Shown: positions 1 through 13,488, numbered from the stretch's first letter. The stretch: DNA of 32,000 nucleotides from Ferroglobus placidus DSM 10642 (GCF_000025505.1 NC_013849.1:1740001-1772000), one strand, 5' to 3'. Translations and numbers: made by a program. Notes: generated by a model not told the origin, from the letters alone.

Positions 1-1
1 G

Positions 2-427
2 CTGAAAATGGATTCTCTTAAAGTTGAAGGTGTGACAGCTTTCGTCGACACGAACTACAAAGGTTTGGCTAAAGCTGCGATAAAAGCTTTGAGTAAGTAC
101 GACCTCGTCGTTCTTCACACTGAAGGAATAGATGAAGCTGGACATGAAGGTGACGTGGAGCTGAAGGTTGAGGCTATAGAGCTTTACGACGAGAAAATCG
201 TCGGATACATAATAGACAGAATAGATCTCGAAGACACTAAGATCATGCTTCTTCCCGACCACCCTACTCCGATAAAGGTGAGAACCCACGTGGCTGAGCC
301 GGTGCCCGTGGCTATTTACTGCGAAAGAAAGGATGACGTGAAGAGATACAGCGAAAAAGATTGCAGAAGAGGAAAACTTGGACTTGTAAACGCTACGGAG
401 CTAATAAAAATAATGAAAAGGGTTTAA
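2..427 (+). CDS. apgM: 2,3-bisphosphoglycerate-independent phosphoglycerate mutase (ApgM type), C-terminal part, truncated by window edge
   Basis: Reading frame stays open to the window start; AFVDTNYKGLAKAAIKAL...VVLHTEGIDEAGHEGDVELKVEAIELYDEKIVGYI and PDHPTPIKVRTH are typical of archaeal iPGM C-termini. Confidence 0.9.
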   Translation: MKMDSLKVEGVTAFVDTNYKGLAKAAIKALSKYDLVVLHTEGIDEAGHEGDVELKVEAIELYDEKIVGYIIDRIDLEDTKIMLLPDHPTPIKVRTHVAEPVPVAIYCERKDDVKRYSEKDCRRGKLGLVNATELIKIMKRV

Positions 428-873
428 ACTCTTCTCAGCTCCACGAGAGTTAGTTTTTTACCGTTTTTGCAATCGACGTTACCCCCTATAACCTTCTCGA
501 CGACGAAAGCATCGTTTTCGAACTCTATAGGATTGCAGAGGTTGTAATAAACGCAGCTTACGTCCGAGCAATTTCCTTCTATGGATATCTTCATTCCCTC
601 CACAGCCATTTTTGGCTCCACCGCTACTATTAGGGGAACTTCGACCACTTCAACCGCCACAACTCCCTCGTCGTGCAACGGGCACGGATGGACATCTCCG
701 TTCCGTAATCCGACGATCTTGTACTTACCCCCTTTTTTAAGCTTCAAACAAACCTTATTGATCTTGCAATTTTCACACTCCTTTCCACCACCGAGATACG
801 TGAATTCAACTCCAATTTCAGCCCAATCTTTACCGCATACGGTAATTATTTTTTGAGCGTCCATCAGCACCAC
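424..873 (-). CDS. UPF0179 family protein (cysteine-rich, unknown function)
   Basis: 149 aa ORF with CENCKINKVCLKLKKGGKYKIV...HPCPLHDEGVVAVEV pattern; likely start is MDAQK. Confidence 0.8.
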   Translation of the reverse strand: MVLMDAQKIITVCGKDWAEIGVEFTYLGGGKECENCKINKVCLKLKKGGKYKIVGLRNGDVHPCPLHDEGVVAVEVVEVPLIVAVEPKMAVEGMKISIEGNCSDVSCVYYNLCNPIEFENDAFVVEKVIGGNVDCKNGKKLTLVELRRV

Positions 874-928
874 CTTTGCAGAATTATAGTAAGTTTTTCA
901 TCTGCAAAGTATTAAAATTTGTCTGAAG

Positions 929-1870
929 ATGAAGGTAGCTGAAAAAATTTTGGATGAGCTTAGGAAAAGTAAGGAGCGTGGTTTGCTTCAGTCGGAACTT
1001 GTTAGAAGGATCGGAGCTTCGAAATCAACGGTCTCGGATGTTCTTTCCGAGCTTGAAGGAAAAGGAATCGTCGTGAGAGAGAAGGAAGCTGGAAAATCGC
1101 TGAGGGTTTGGTTAGCCGAGTTTTATCCAAAACCAATAAAAGGTAAGCTGAAACTTGGAATTTTAAAATCCTCCGAGTACGCGTGCCTCTTAAGCAGATT
1201 TAGAGGAATCGTAAGAGTTTACAACAACGCTATGGACTTAACGAGGGATCTCGTTCTCGGAAGAATAGATCTTGCCGCATCTCCTTTCGTAACGCAGGTT
1301 ATGTTTGGCGTAATGATGAAAAACATCAGAATAGTTAGGGGAGTAGCTTACAACGGCTCGGGAGTCGTTTTTGGAGACGAAAAAAATGGAATCTTTGGCT
1401 CGAGCGAACTTTCGGCTATGGAAATAATGCTCAGACTCGTGAAAGACGAAATAGGTTTGAAAAAATTCCGCTACTTCTCATCTCCGGAAGAAATGATCTC
1501 CTCCCTTAAATATTTAAACGGCATAGGTATTTGGGAGCCCTATTTTTCATCTCTGGACAGAGACAAAGTTTTTTTCAAAGACATAATCGGCGATCATCCT
1601 TGCTGCACTCTTGCGGTGAATGTAGAGAGCTTCGAGGAAAACAAAAGCTTAATTAAGGATTTTCTCGCCGACTACGATAAAGCCAAGCCGAACGCTGAAA
1701 AACTCGCTGAAATCTGCGGATTTAGTAAGGAAGATGTTGAGAAGAGTTTGAAAAGCTACATCTTCGTGAAAGAGGTTAGGGAAGATGAGCTCATCGATTT
1801 TTTGAAGCTCGCCAAGATAGAGATTTCGAGGGAGAGCTTAGAGTCCCTCTTTGAACTTCAAAATGTCTGA
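929..1870 (+). CDS. Winged-HTH transcriptional regulator with C-terminal solute-binding-like domain
   Basis: N-terminal LLQSELVRRIGASKSTVSDVLSELEGKGIVVREKEAGK is a clear wHTH; the remaining ~230 aa resemble a substrate-binding fold. Confidence 0.7.
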   Translation: MKVAEKILDELRKSKERGLLQSELVRRIGASKSTVSDVLSELEGKGIVVREKEAGKSLRVWLAEFYPKPIKGKLKLGILKSSEYACLLSRFRGIVRVYNNAMDLTRDLVLGRIDLAASPFVTQVMFGVMMKNIRIVRGVAYNGSGVVFGDEKNGIFGSSELSAMEIMLRLVKDEIGLKKFRYFSSPEEMISSLKYLNGIGIWEPYFSSLDRDKVFFKDIIGDHPCCTLAVNVESFEENKSLIKDFLADYDKAKPNAEKLAEICGFSKEDVEKSLKSYIFVKEVREDELIDFLKLAKIEISRESLESLFELQNV

Positions 1871-2350
1871 AAGCTTCAACACGGAAATTGGATTCAGAGA
1901 ACTTTCTTCTCTGTCAACAGCACAGGAGAAAGCCACGACTTCAGCGTTGAATTTTTTCAACCTCTCCTCTATCGATTTGGCTGATGAGCCAGTTGTGATA
2001 ACGTCTTCAACTACGAGGAACTTCTCCCCACTCCTAACTTCTCCTACGAATTCCTCTTCAGCTCCGTACTCCTTCTTTTTCTTCCTGAAAATCACGTAAT
2101 CTTTCTCCAGATCTAAAGCCACCGCAACAGCTAACGGAACTCCTCCAAGCTCTATGCAAGCTATTTTATCGAAATCGAAGTTAATTTTTGAAATTAACTC
2201 CTTAGCAAAGGTTTTGAGGATTTTAGGCTTCGTCGAAGCTTTTTTGAAGTCTACGTAAACGTTGCTTCTCTTTCCAGACGAGAGAACGAATTCTCCAAAT
2301 TTCACAGCTCCGGCATCATATAGCATCTTCACAAGTTCGAACTTCTCCAT
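1838..2350 (-). CDS. pyrE: Orotate phosphoribosyltransferase-like protein
   Basis: 170 aa; FGEFVLSSGKRSNVYVDFKKA and PRPP motif FLVVEDVITTGSS. Confidence 0.8.
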   Translation of the reverse strand: MEKFELVKMLYDAGAVKFGEFVLSSGKRSNVYVDFKKASTKPKILKTFAKELISKINFDFDKIACIELGGVPLAVAVALDLEKDYVIFRKKKKEYGAEEEFVGEVRSGEKFLVVEDVITTGSSAKSIEERLKKFNAEVVAFSCAVDREESSLNPISVLKLSDILKFKEGL

Positions 2351-2356
2351 TTTTCA

Positions 2357-2896
2357 TCACCACGGAACGTCTTTCAGCTTCAGCAGATAAGCTATTCTGT
2401 TCGTCAGAACGTGCAAAATCGGTGTTATGAGGAAAGCTATTAAAACGTTCTCGAAGCTGAACACCTTCCAAAATGCTTCGGAGAAGGAAGCTATTAAGAG
2501 AGCGAAAACCAAAAAGTCGAGCTGGTCTAAAATCGGAGCCTTTTCTCCCCTCATCAGTCCAATTCTCCTTTTAATAAAACTTCCAGTTAAATCTCCAAGA
2601 AGAGATCCGAAAGAGAGGAGAAAAGCGAGCTGGAGAAACTGGAAATACTGGAGAGAAGAGAAGATTGTAAAACCTGCGAACTTCTCAACAAAAAGCTGAA
2701 GGTGAGCGACGAAAATTCCGCCGATCAAGCCGGAGAAAAAACCTCTAAAGGTTTTACCGTCACCGAAAATTCTCCTGCCGTCGACAAATTTTTTTCCGAA
2801 GTCAATCGGAAATCCTCCTCCGAAAACGACGGCGAAATTATTAGGGGTGTAAGCGGGAAGGAGAATCCAGATAGTTTTTAATATCTCAAGGAGCAT
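2357..2896 (-). CDS. carS: CDP-archaeol synthase (CarS, DUF46 family), membrane protein
   Basis: PAYTPNNFAVVFGGGFPIDFGKKFVDGRRIFGDGKTFRGFFSGLIGG is the CarS signature; multiple TM segments. Confidence 0.9.
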   Translation of the reverse strand: MLLEILKTIWILLPAYTPNNFAVVFGGGFPIDFGKKFVDGRRIFGDGKTFRGFFSGLIGGIFVAHLQLFVEKFAGFTIFSSLQYFQFLQLAFLLSFGSLLGDLTGSFIKRRIGLMRGEKAPILDQLDFLVFALLIASFSEAFWKVFSFENVLIAFLITPILHVLTNRIAYLLKLKDVPW

Positions 2897-2965
2897 ATTT
2901 CCAGCTGACGAAACGTTATTATATCTCTTTCGCAGTCCACATTTTATAAAAAGGGAGGTGGAATA

Positions 2966-5455
<2,490 letters not shown>

Positions 5456-5605
5456 AGGACTGGCTGACGTACGTTGAGGGAAAAATAACTCTGAAGGAGT
5501 TCGTCGAAAAGTGGAAAAGCGAAGGAAAGGACTGGAAAGCCTACATAAGAGTTTTGAGGTACAGAATTTCCAAGAAGTACGACATAATGCTTAAAGATCT
5601 CTTAC

Positions 5606-6592
5606 TCATGAAGAAGTTTCTTGATTTGGATCTTCACCCTTAACGATTTTTGCGACGAAAAAACCTGAGCAGCGATGCTTGTGCGGATAAAGCCTCTTAG
5701 CTTTTCTCAACTCGGAGCTGAGTTTGACGTCTCCGATTTTCGTCAAAGCCTCTTCTCCGAATTTAACTTCTTCGAGTCTTATTTCGAAGTTTTTTAGAGC
5801 CCAGTCTATTACGAATTCGTTTTCCTCCGGAGTTAGGGAGCAAGTAGAGTAGATTAGCACTCCTCCGGGCTTTAAAGACTTTATTCCCGCTTCGAGCATT
5901 TGCTTTTGGAGGGAGGTGCAGAACAGTATGTCCTTCACCCCTCTGCTCCACTTTCTCGTAGGATCTTTATGTATTATCCCCTCTCCAGTGCACGGGGCGT
6001 CGAGGAGGATTTTGTCTGCTTTAATTCCGAGGTTGTGAAATTTTGCGGAGTTCATTCTTAATACAATCGCGTTCATGACGCCCATTCTGTGGATGTTGTC
6101 TATCAGCGGAGGTATTCTCTCCTCGTTGCCCTCTATGGCAATTAGGACTCCTTTGTTTTTCATCAGCATAGAAATCATCGTCGCTTTTCCTCCCGGAGAG
6201 GCTGCCATGTCCACAACGAGATCGCTCTCTTTCGGATTTAGCTCAATTGGCGGTATGCACGAGCTTTTGTCCATGACGTAGTAGTATCCCATGAGAAATT
6301 CCGGAGTAGCTCCTATGCTGTAAGGTTCCTCAACAACCTCGTAGCAGAAGGGGACTTCCGTCTTATTTAAAACAAAGCCTCTCTCTTCAAGCCTCTCAAC
6401 GAGTTCATCCTCGCTTATTTTTATCGTGTTAACCCTTATGTACTTCGGAACTTTTTCCATTCCCTCGACGAGTTTTGCAGCTTCCTCTTCTCCGAAAATG
6501 TTTACCCACCTTCTGATTATGAACTCGTCGTAGCCGTACTTTTTCGCAAGCCTCTTCGAAAAATCTGTGGAAGGAAAATCAAGAACTCTCAT
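5606..6592 (-). CDS. RsmB/NOP2/Sun-family RNA m5C methyltransferase
   Basis: DMAASPGGKATMISMLM, DKILLDAPCTGEG and YSTCSLTPEENEFVI motifs. Confidence 0.9.
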   Translation of the reverse strand: MRVLDFPSTDFSKRLAKKYGYDEFIIRRWVNIFGEEEAAKLVEGMEKVPKYIRVNTIKISEDELVERLEERGFVLNKTEVPFCYEVVEEPYSIGATPEFLMGYYYVMDKSSCIPPIELNPKESDLVVDMAASPGGKATMISMLMKNKGVLIAIEGNEERIPPLIDNIHRMGVMNAIVLRMNSAKFHNLGIKADKILLDAPCTGEGIIHKDPTRKWSRGVKDILFCTSLQKQMLEAGIKSLKPGGVLIYSTCSLTPEENEFVIDWALKNFEIRLEEVKFGEEALTKIGDVKLSSELRKAKRLYPHKHRCSGFFVAKIVKGEDPNQETSS

Positions 6593-7125
6593 CTGTCGAA
6601 GAAGGGGCTTTTCGAAAGAGATGCTAAGGGAATTCCCATAACGACGTCAGCCTTAGAAATTCCAAGAAGTTTTGCAGCAGCTCCAATTCTGTACATAACC
6701 CTCGAATCGACTCCGATCATTGCACCGAGCTTCACAGCTGAACCAATAGCTATTCCCAAATCGAGGAGCTTGAAAGCGCAGCTCGGTCCTTTAAAGACGA
6801 CTTCCTTTCTTTCAGCCTTCGCAAACTCTTTGCAGCTTTCAAATCCGCAAGCTCCGCAGTTCATCCCTATGCTTCTCTCTCCGTAAATTCCGAGGAGAAT
6901 AAGACCGTCTGACTTTCTCAAGCTGTTTGCGTCTCTTACAAAATTTTTATCTCCGGTCTTTTCAGCCAGTTCCTCCATTTTTTTCGCTATCTCCTCGAAA
7001 TCGGAGAGGTACATAACTTCGAGGCTATCCTCTCCCTTCGACTTCGGAGCAGTTTGGGCGGAAGCTATCATAAGCTTTGCAGCGAGCTCAACAACCTCTT
7101 TCCTAATTTTTTCCTCCAGCATCAA
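6589..7125 (-). CDS. DUF2148 (ferredoxin-domain-like) protein
   Basis: GMNCGACGFESCKEFAKAE Cys motif and overall ~178 aa layout; 4-bp overlaps with neighbours. Confidence 0.8.
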   Translation of the reverse strand: MMLEEKIRKEVVELAAKLMIASAQTAPKSKGEDSLEVMYLSDFEEIAKKMEELAEKTGDKNFVRDANSLRKSDGLILLGIYGERSIGMNCGACGFESCKEFAKAERKEVVFKGPSCAFKLLDLGIAIGSAVKLGAMIGVDSRVMYRIGAAAKLLGISKADVVMGIPLASLSKSPFFDR

Positions 7126-7961
7126 ATCACCCCCAGCAAGAAAGCTAACATTCCTAAAGCCATCGCCGACATCGTTCTCTTTCTGAGAGAATAAATTTCT
7201 TCCCTTTTAACACCCCTCAACAACTTGAAAGCTGATAGAAGCAAAATAGAGTCGCAAGCCAAAACCGGAATTAGATATTTGATATCCTGAAATTCGGGGA
7301 AAAGGAGAGCTAAAAAGCTAAGAGAAGCAGCTAATATAAAAAGTAAAGCTGAGATTTTAGCGGCAAATTCTTCTCCGTAAAGGATTGCGACGGTTTTAGC
7401 GTTCCTTATCTTATCTCCTTCCACATCTTCAATACTCTTCATTATCTCCCTTCCAAGCCCGGAAATAAAAGCTAAAGCAGATAGCAATATTATGGCTTCG
7501 TTGAGCCTCTCCACTATTATCCCGCCGAAGAGAAAAGGGGCAGCCATCGTCGTGGCTATGTAAGCGTTGCCGATCAGTCCAAACTCCTTGAGCTTGAGAT
7601 CGTACAAAATTCCGAGGAGGGAAATCAGGAGAGCGAAGACGAAAGCGAGGGGAGAAATTAAATAGGAGAAAATTAATCCGAGCGGAAATAGAAAAATTCC
7701 GGATAATAGTGCCTCTTTTCTGCTTATCTCCCCAGTTACGAGCGGTCGATCAAGGCGTTTATTTGCCAAATCCACTTCGTAGTCAAAGTAATCGTTCAGA
7801 GCGAAAGTCGAGGACTGTAAAAATACTGCCGTGAGGAAGCCGAAAAGCGCTTCTTCTAAAGGAAGGTTTTTGGCTGCGATAAATATTCCTACCAGAACTC
7901 CGAATCCGTACATAATTCCGTGATCGATTCTGAAAAGCTTGAGGTAAGCTCTCGCTTTCAT
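7122..7961 (-). CDS. UbiA-family prenyltransferase, probable digeranylgeranylglyceryl phosphate synthase
   Basis: [28 protein letters not shown] (NDxxDxxxD) and [13 protein letters not shown]; multi-TM. Confidence 0.85.
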   Translation of the reverse strand: MKARAYLKLFRIDHGIMYGFGVLVGIFIAAKNLPLEEALFGFLTAVFLQSSTFALNDYFDYEVDLANKRLDRPLVTGEISRKEALLSGIFLFPLGLIFSYLISPLAFVFALLISLLGILYDLKLKEFGLIGNAYIATTMAAPFLFGGIIVERLNEAIILLSALAFISGLGREIMKSIEDVEGDKIRNAKTVAILYGEEFAAKISALLFILAASLSFLALLFPEFQDIKYLIPVLACDSILLLSAFKLLRGVKREEIYSLRKRTMSAMALGMLAFLLGVI

Positions 7962-8644
7962 GGAATCGTATCGAGGTAGCTTTCGATTCCTCTTTCGTAA
8001 ATTACGTTTCCGACGACTATTGCATCAGCCGCCGAAAGCATCTCCAAAGCTCTCTCCTTGCTGTTGATTCCTCCTCCGTAGAACAGCTTCGCTTTTTTCA
8101 GCTTGCTTTTAACCTCCCTTACCAACTCTGGGTCTCCGTAGGTTCCGCTGTACTCTACGTAGATTATCGGTAGCTTCAGGATTTCCTCTCCAACTACTGC
8201 AAAGCTTGCCGCCTCTTCTTTTTTCAAGTCGCATATAGCTTCGGTCACTCTTCCAACAGCCGAGTTTTCGTTGAGAACTATGTACCCTTCGAAGTAAATC
8301 TTTCTGTCGAAAAGCTCTCTGAAAGCGTCGAGTTTTTCGTAGTTCATCCTTATCCATTCCGCGTGCTTTCCTGTAATCCACTCTCCCCTCTTCGAGTTGA
8401 GAACTACGGGAACGAAGACGTAATCTACATCGTAAACAACGTTTGAAGGATCTGAAGGCTCCATTATTATTGGCTTGTCTCCCTCCTTCAGCATTTTCAG
8501 AAGCTCCATTACCTTTTCTTTCGTCACATTCTGAGTGCCGGAAACCATTATAGCGTCCGTGTTACTTTCCAAAACAGCTTTAACAATCTTTTCATCGTTC
8601 TTTCTGTCTGGATCGAGCTTAGTGATGTGTTTCCAATCGAACAT
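7958..8644 (-). CDS. Geranylgeranylglyceryl phosphate synthase (PcrB-like TIM barrel)
   Basis: [41 protein letters not shown]...VFVPVVLNS...[16 protein letters not shown]. The ORF track runs to 8749, but ATG at 8644 fits the family start and has a TATA-like tatataaaaa just upstream on the minus strand. Confidence 0.88.
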   Translation of the reverse strand: MFDWKHITKLDPDRKNDEKIVKAVLESNTDAIMVSGTQNVTKEKVMELLKMLKEGDKPIIMEPSDPSNVVYDVDYVFVPVVLNSKRGEWITGKHAEWIRMNYEKLDAFRELFDRKIYFEGYIVLNENSAVGRVTEAICDLKKEEAASFAVVGEEILKLPIIYVEYSGTYGDPELVREVKSKLKKAKLFYGGGINSKERALEMLSAADAIVVGNVIYERGIESYLDTIP

Positions 8645-8776
8645 CTCTTTAGAGGGTTGCGAAAGTATATAAAAAATTAGCGACGCAATTTCTGACGGAC
8701 TTGCGGAGAATCGTGAAAGGGTTTTTGCATAAGCTTTCAATTCCAGCAAGTTTTAAATAACTTAACGGGGTTAAGC

Positions 8777-9967
8777 TTGGAGATGAATCTCGATAGATAT
8801 TCCCCGCAGAATCTGAGAAGACCGTCGAGTGGAATGATAAACGTTCACCCGATTCAAAGGGGAGGTATACTTACTGAAGAGGCGAGACAAGTTATTTTGG
8901 AGTGGGCTGACGGCTATTCAGTCTGCGACCTATGTTTGGAAGGAAGAGTCGACCTCGTTAAGAATCCTCCCATTGCCGAATTCAAAAGAGATGTGGCTGA
9001 GTTTTTGAACATGGACGAAGTGAGATTCACGGCTGGAGCGAGACATGCAAAGTTCGTTATAATGTCCGCTTTTAAGGAAAAGACGATCGTCGTTGACTCA
9101 CTTGCCCACTACACGTCCTACATAGCTGCCGAATTGAACGACATGAAGGTTTACGAAGTTCCTAATTCCGGCTACCCCGAATTTAAAATCGAGCCGGAAA
9201 AATATGCGGAGACATTCGAAAGGGTTAAGGAAGAAACGGGGAAGTATCCGGACTTGGCTTTACTCACTCACGTGGATTATCGTTACGGAAACTTAGCTGA
9301 CGCTAAAGAAGTTGGAAAAATTTGCAGAGAGTACGGAATTCCTCTAATTTTAAACACAGCCTACAGCTCCGGAGTTATGGAGGTGGACGGAAAAAAGCTT
9401 AACGCTGATTTCATCGTTGCGAGCGGTCACAAAAGCTGGGCTGCTACGGCTCCAATTGGAATTCTGGCTACGAACTACGATTTCGTTGACGATGTTTTCA
9501 GAACGTCTAAAACGAGAGGAGAGTGGAGCGGAAGAGCTTTTACGAAGAAAGAAGTTGCTTTGTTCGGATGCTCCCCCGTTTACGGACTTCCGATAATAAC
9601 GCTGATGGCATCTTTTCCAGCTGTCGTGAGAAGAATTAAGAAGTGGGAAGAGGAGGTTGCGAAGGCGAGGTGGTTTGTGAAAGAGATGGAGAAGATAGAA
9701 GGAGTGCAGCTAATAGGGGAGAGACCGAAGAACCACACTCTTATGCAGTTTGAATCTCCAGCCTTCCACAGCATAGCGAAGAGGCACAAGAAGAGAGGGT
9801 TCTTCTTGTATCATGAGCTGAAGAAAAGGGGAATCGTGGGAGTCCAGCCGGGTATGACTAAAAACTTCAAGATAAACGTATACGGCTTAAGCTGGGAAGA
9901 AGTTGAGAAGGTTGCGGAAGCTTTTAAGGATATAGCCGAAAGTTACGGACTGGAGGTGGAGGATTGA
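8777..9967 (+). CDS. O-phospho-L-seryl-tRNA:Cys-tRNA synthase (SepCysS)
   Basis: INVHPIQRGGILTEEARQVILEWADGYSVCDLC, PLP lysine region VASGHKSWAATAPIG. Confidence 0.9.
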   Translation: MEMNLDRYSPQNLRRPSSGMINVHPIQRGGILTEEARQVILEWADGYSVCDLCLEGRVDLVKNPPIAEFKRDVAEFLNMDEVRFTAGARHAKFVIMSAFKEKTIVVDSLAHYTSYIAAELNDMKVYEVPNSGYPEFKIEPEKYAETFERVKEETGKYPDLALLTHVDYRYGNLADAKEVGKICREYGIPLILNTAYSSGVMEVDGKKLNADFIVASGHKSWAATAPIGILATNYDFVDDVFRTSKTRGEWSGRAFTKKEVALFGCSPVYGLPIITLMASFPAVVRRIKKWEEEVAKARWFVKEMEKIEGVQLIGERPKNHTLMQFESPAFHSIAKRHKKRGFFLYHELKKRGIVGVQPGMTKNFKINVYGLSWEEVEKVAEAFKDIAESYGLEVED

Positions 9968-10881
9968 GCTTCAGAAGGTATTTCCAAATTCCTTATCAGC
10001 CAGTGGCTGTGAAAATTTTGAAAGAGCACGTTAAAGCTACAGAGGAGAACTTAAGGTTCTGCGAAGCTGTGAGAAGAGCAGCTGGCGGAGAGAGAATAGT
10101 TCTTGATGAGATCAACCTCATCTGTTCCGGAGCCCTCGTCTCTTTGGGATTCGTTAGAGGAGTGTTTTCCGAGGATAGCGAAGAAACCAAAGCTGTTATT
10201 GTGGAACCATATAAAGGACAGGAGTGCGACGTCGTTTTAATAATAGCAACTCCCGACAGAGTGATGAAAATCGCCTCCTTCTACTCCCAGCTGTTCGGAG
10301 AAGAGCTTAGAGCCGAGTTCAGCGGAGAAAATGCGGTCTGCGGAGAAGCCACAGCCAGAGTTAAGAAGGAAGGTAAGCCGAACGTTTCCTTCTTGTGTGA
10401 AGGAGCGAGGGAGTACGCTGGTTACAAGAGGGAGGAGGTCGTGATAGGCTTCCCCTACGAAACTTTCAGGAGAATGGAAGAGGCTATAAAAAAGGAGGAA
10501 ATCAAGTCGATGTGCGGCTGTTTGATGGACGATTTGCCGAGAGATGTCGTCGAAAAATTCGAGAGCATGGGATTTGACAAAGCTACCGATCACTTCTTCG
10601 GATTTTACAACGGAAAGACTGTGAAGGTGTACATTTTCAGAGATACCAACGCTTTGGGCTTGTACACTTCAGTTAAGTTCAAAAGCGAGGAGGAGGCGGA
10701 AAAAGCTGTTGAAAAATACAAAGGTGATTACGTTCTTCTCAAGAGAGAAAACTGGGTCGACGTCAGCAAGATTCTCGATGTGGATGTTATCAGCGAGATT
10801 AGGAAAGGTAAATTTGAAGAACTTTTAAATTCAGAGCTTGAGAAGATTGTTAGAGAAGCTAAGAAACTGAAGTCGCTATGA
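9964..10881 (+). CDS. DUF169-domain protein
   Basis: [12 protein letters not shown]...[26 protein letters not shown]; many conserved-looking cysteines; TTGA overlap with SepCysS and ATGA overlap with ThiI. Confidence 0.75.
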   Translation: MSFRRYFQIPYQPVAVKILKEHVKATEENLRFCEAVRRAAGGERIVLDEINLICSGALVSLGFVRGVFSEDSEETKAVIVEPYKGQECDVVLIIATPDRVMKIASFYSQLFGEELRAEFSGENAVCGEATARVKKEGKPNVSFLCEGAREYAGYKREEVVIGFPYETFRRMEEAIKKEEIKSMCGCLMDDLPRDVVEKFESMGFDKATDHFFGFYNGKTVKVYIFRDTNALGLYTSVKFKSEEEAEKAVEKYKGDYVLLKRENWVDVSKILDVDVISEIRKGKFEELLNSELEKIVREAKKLKSL

Positions 10882-11987
10882 TATACGTCGTTCACTACGG
10901 AGAGATAGCCCTAAAAGGGAAAAACCGGGACTTTTTTGAGAGGAAGCTGATGGAAAACATAAAAAGAAAGATTGACGGGAGAGTTAGAAGAAGGTACGGA
11001 AGGATTATCGTTGAAGCTGAAAATGCTGAAGAAAAGCTGAAGAAAATTCCCGGAATAAAGTATTTCGCCAAAGCTGAGGTTTGCAGTTTAGATATAGAAG
11101 AGATAAAGAAAGTTGCTCTTGAAGCAGTTGGCGATGTAAGCAGCTTTAAAGTTGAGACGAAGAGGAGCAATAAAAACTTCCCCCTCACGTCTATAGAAGT
11201 AAACAGAGTTGTGGGAGAGTTCGTCAAAAACAGCAAGGGGATTAAAGTGGATTTGAAGAATCCTGAAAGGACGATTTACATCGAAATAGGAGAGAAGGAG
11301 TGCTACATCTATACCGAGAAAATCCCCGGAGTTGGCGGATTGCCCTGCGGAGTTTCGGGGAAAGTTGTGGCTCAGATTTCCGGAGGAATAGACAGTCCTG
11401 TTGCTGCTTTTTTGGCTATGAAGAGGGGGGCAGAAGTTATAGCGGTTCACTTCTTCAATCAGACTCTCCACTCTCCGCAAGTTAGAAAGAAGATCTTGGA
11501 CTTGGCTGAGAAACTGTCCGAATTTCATAAAGTAAAGCTGTACATGGTTCCCTTTGAGGAGGTGCAGAGGGAGATAATCAGGGTAATTCCAGCGAAGTAC
11601 AGAATGATAGTCTATAGAAGAAGCATGATGAGGATGTCGAACGTAATCGCGAAAAAAGAAAATGCGAAGGCTATAGTTACCGGAGACTCGCTTTCCCAAG
11701 TTGCGAGCCAGACGTTGGATAACATCAGAGTTATTTACTCAGCCTCGGAGCTTCCGGTTCTTCCGCCACTGATAGGATTCGACAAAGAGGAGACTATAGA
11801 AATAGCGAAGAAGATAGGGACTTACGAGATTTCAATTCTGCCCTACGAAGATTGCTGCACTTTGATGATAGCTAAGCATCCTGAAACGAGAGCTAAGCTC
11901 GAAGACGTGGAGAGGATGGAAAGCTTTGCCGAATTCAAAGAGGAGGAAGCCGTCGAAAAAGCTGAGATCTTCGAATTCGACAGCTAA
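10878..11987 (+). CDS. thiI: tRNA 4-thiouridine sulfurtransferase ThiI, no rhodanese domain
   Basis: [23 protein letters not shown]-loop [20 protein letters not shown]; ends shortly after the adenylation domain. Confidence 0.9.
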   Translation: MIYVVHYGEIALKGKNRDFFERKLMENIKRKIDGRVRRRYGRIIVEAENAEEKLKKIPGIKYFAKAEVCSLDIEEIKKVALEAVGDVSSFKVETKRSNKNFPLTSIEVNRVVGEFVKNSKGIKVDLKNPERTIYIEIGEKECYIYTEKIPGVGGLPCGVSGKVVAQISGGIDSPVAAFLAMKRGAEVIAVHFFNQTLHSPQVRKKILDLAEKLSEFHKVKLYMVPFEEVQREIIRVIPAKYRMIVYRRSMMRMSNVIAKKENAKAIVTGDSLSQVASQTLDNIRVIYSASELPVLPPLIGFDKEETIEIAKKIGTYEISILPYEDCCTLMIAKHPETRAKLEDVERMESFAEFKEEEAVEKAEIFEFDS

Positions 11988-12580
11988 GAAATTTTCTTCA
12001 AAAGCTCGTCCGATTTTTTAGCCACGATAGCTGAGAGCAAATCGCTTTTCGTTCTCTCTATTGAGTTTCTCGCGACATCAAGCTTCGGTCTCAGGTTTCC
12101 GGTGATTTTGTCGTGGAACGTGAACTCCACAAGTTTGAAGTAAAGCTCCTCCATCAGCTCGAGAACCTTTTTCGCTACTTCGACGTTATTTTTTACTAAA
12201 AGCGTTAGCGCGTACCTCCTCATCTCTCCTATCGAATCGGCGAATCCTCCAAGAATCGGAGCTGGCTCCAAGCCTTCCGGCAGCTCAACCTCTAAGCTGA
12301 GATTCTCAACGACGTTCTTGAACACAATAGCCTCAACGAATTCTTGCATAGCGTCAAAAGATAAGTAATATATGTCCCAGAACTTCTCCTTAAACTTCTT
12401 TATCCTCTCAAAAACCTCTTCAGCTTTTTTTAAATGCTTCTCAGCCTTCTCAAAGTTCCCGGCGTGAATGTAGGCTATAGCCTTGCTCGAATTTAACCTC
12501 ATGTCCCTCGAGAGCTTTATAAGCTCTTCTCTCGCAGCCTCCTTTTCTTCGAGAATTTTCTTGAGTTCTTCGAGCATCAT
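11984..12580 (-). CDS. Translin-family protein
   Basis: 198 aa all-helical; [47 protein letters not shown]. Confidence 0.75.
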   Translation of the reverse strand: MMLEELKKILEEKEAAREELIKLSRDMRLNSSKAIAYIHAGNFEKAEKHLKKAEEVFERIKKFKEKFWDIYYLSFDAMQEFVEAIVFKNVVENLSLEVELPEGLEPAPILGGFADSIGEMRRYALTLLVKNNVEVAKKVLELMEELYFKLVEFTFHDKITGNLRPKLDVARNSIERTKSDLLSAIVAKKSDELLKKIS

Positions 12581-13443
12581 CTCACCAGAAGAACTACTCT
12601 ACTTACCTCAGACTCGTCTTTAATTTCATATCCGGTTAGCTTAGCGAGTTCTTCAGCAAATCTTCTTACATCTTCGTGCTCCGGCATGTTCTCCGCCTTT
12701 AACCTCCTCCTCGAGTAGCCGAGGTACATGTAAGCTTTAGCCTCAACGAAGTCTGGGGAAGCTTTGTCTATAATTTCCGCAAATTTTTCGGGCTTCATGT
12801 TCACGTCCTTTATTAAAGTTAATCTGATAACCGTCCTGAAATCAAGATTTGGAAGAATTCTCAGGCTTTCTTCTATCTTATCCCACTTATTTCCTTGCAA
12901 AGCTTTGTGGCTTTCTTCGTCGTAAGCTGTGAGGCTCAAGTAAAGCTGATAAGGTTCGACTCTCTCCAAAGCCTGCGGATTAGTTCCGTTCGTCACGAGG
13001 AATGTCGTAAAGTTCCTTTTCTTGTACTCATCCACGAGCTCATCGATTCTCGGATACAAAGTCGGCTCTCCGATGAGGCTTATCGCCACGTGCTTCGGAT
13101 TCAAAGCTTCTTCAAGTTTCCTTCTGTTCACGCCAGCTGTCCCAAAGAAACCGCTCAGCAACCTTCTCTGAGCTTTTATGCTCTCCTCAACTATAAATTC
13201 CGGCTCATCCCACTCCTTAAACGGTGGCATCAAATCGAGGGGTCTCCAGCAGTGAACGCATGAAAGGTTGCAGATTAAAGCTGGTGACATCTGGAGGCAG
13301 CGATGAGATGGAATACCGTAAAACTTCTGCTTGTAACAGTAACCTTCATCTTTTAACGACTTCTTGAGCCAGAGGCACGTTTTTACAGCCGAATGTTTTC
13401 CAACTATGTGGTAACCTTTCAAATCCGCTAAAGTTTTTGCCAT
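12577..13443 (-). CDS. taw1: 4-demethylwyosine synthase (TYW1/Taw1), radical SAM
   Basis: SPALICNLSCVHCWRPLDLMPPF (CxxxCxxC), HVAISLIGEPTLYPRIDELV, TTFLVTNGTNP. Confidence 0.92.
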   Translation of the reverse strand: MAKTLADLKGYHIVGKHSAVKTCLWLKKSLKDEGYCYKQKFYGIPSHRCLQMSPALICNLSCVHCWRPLDLMPPFKEWDEPEFIVEESIKAQRRLLSGFFGTAGVNRRKLEEALNPKHVAISLIGEPTLYPRIDELVDEYKKRNFTTFLVTNGTNPQALERVEPYQLYLSLTAYDEESHKALQGNKWDKIEESLRILPNLDFRTVIRLTLIKDVNMKPEKFAEIIDKASPDFVEAKAYMYLGYSRRRLKAENMPEHEDVRRFAEELAKLTGYEIKDESEVSRVVLLVR

Positions 13444-13488
13444 AATGTTTTAATTAAGAGCAATGGAGTTAAAAATTTGACCGTCCAA

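Noticed and set aside
581-856. Plus-strand 91-aa ORF
   Set aside because: Fully antisense to the convincing UPF0179 gene; low-complexity Thr/Ser/Pro composition typical of a shadow ORF.
7958-8749. GGGP synthase start at 8749
   Set aside because: The extra N-terminus is not family-like and a TATA-like element sits just upstream of ATG 8644.
9580-11699. Minus-strand ORFs across SepCysS, DUF169 and ThiI (9580-9789, 9996-10190, 10237-10593, 10895-11236, 11088-11699)
   Set aside because: Shadow ORFs of a well-supported operon; no recognisable motifs.
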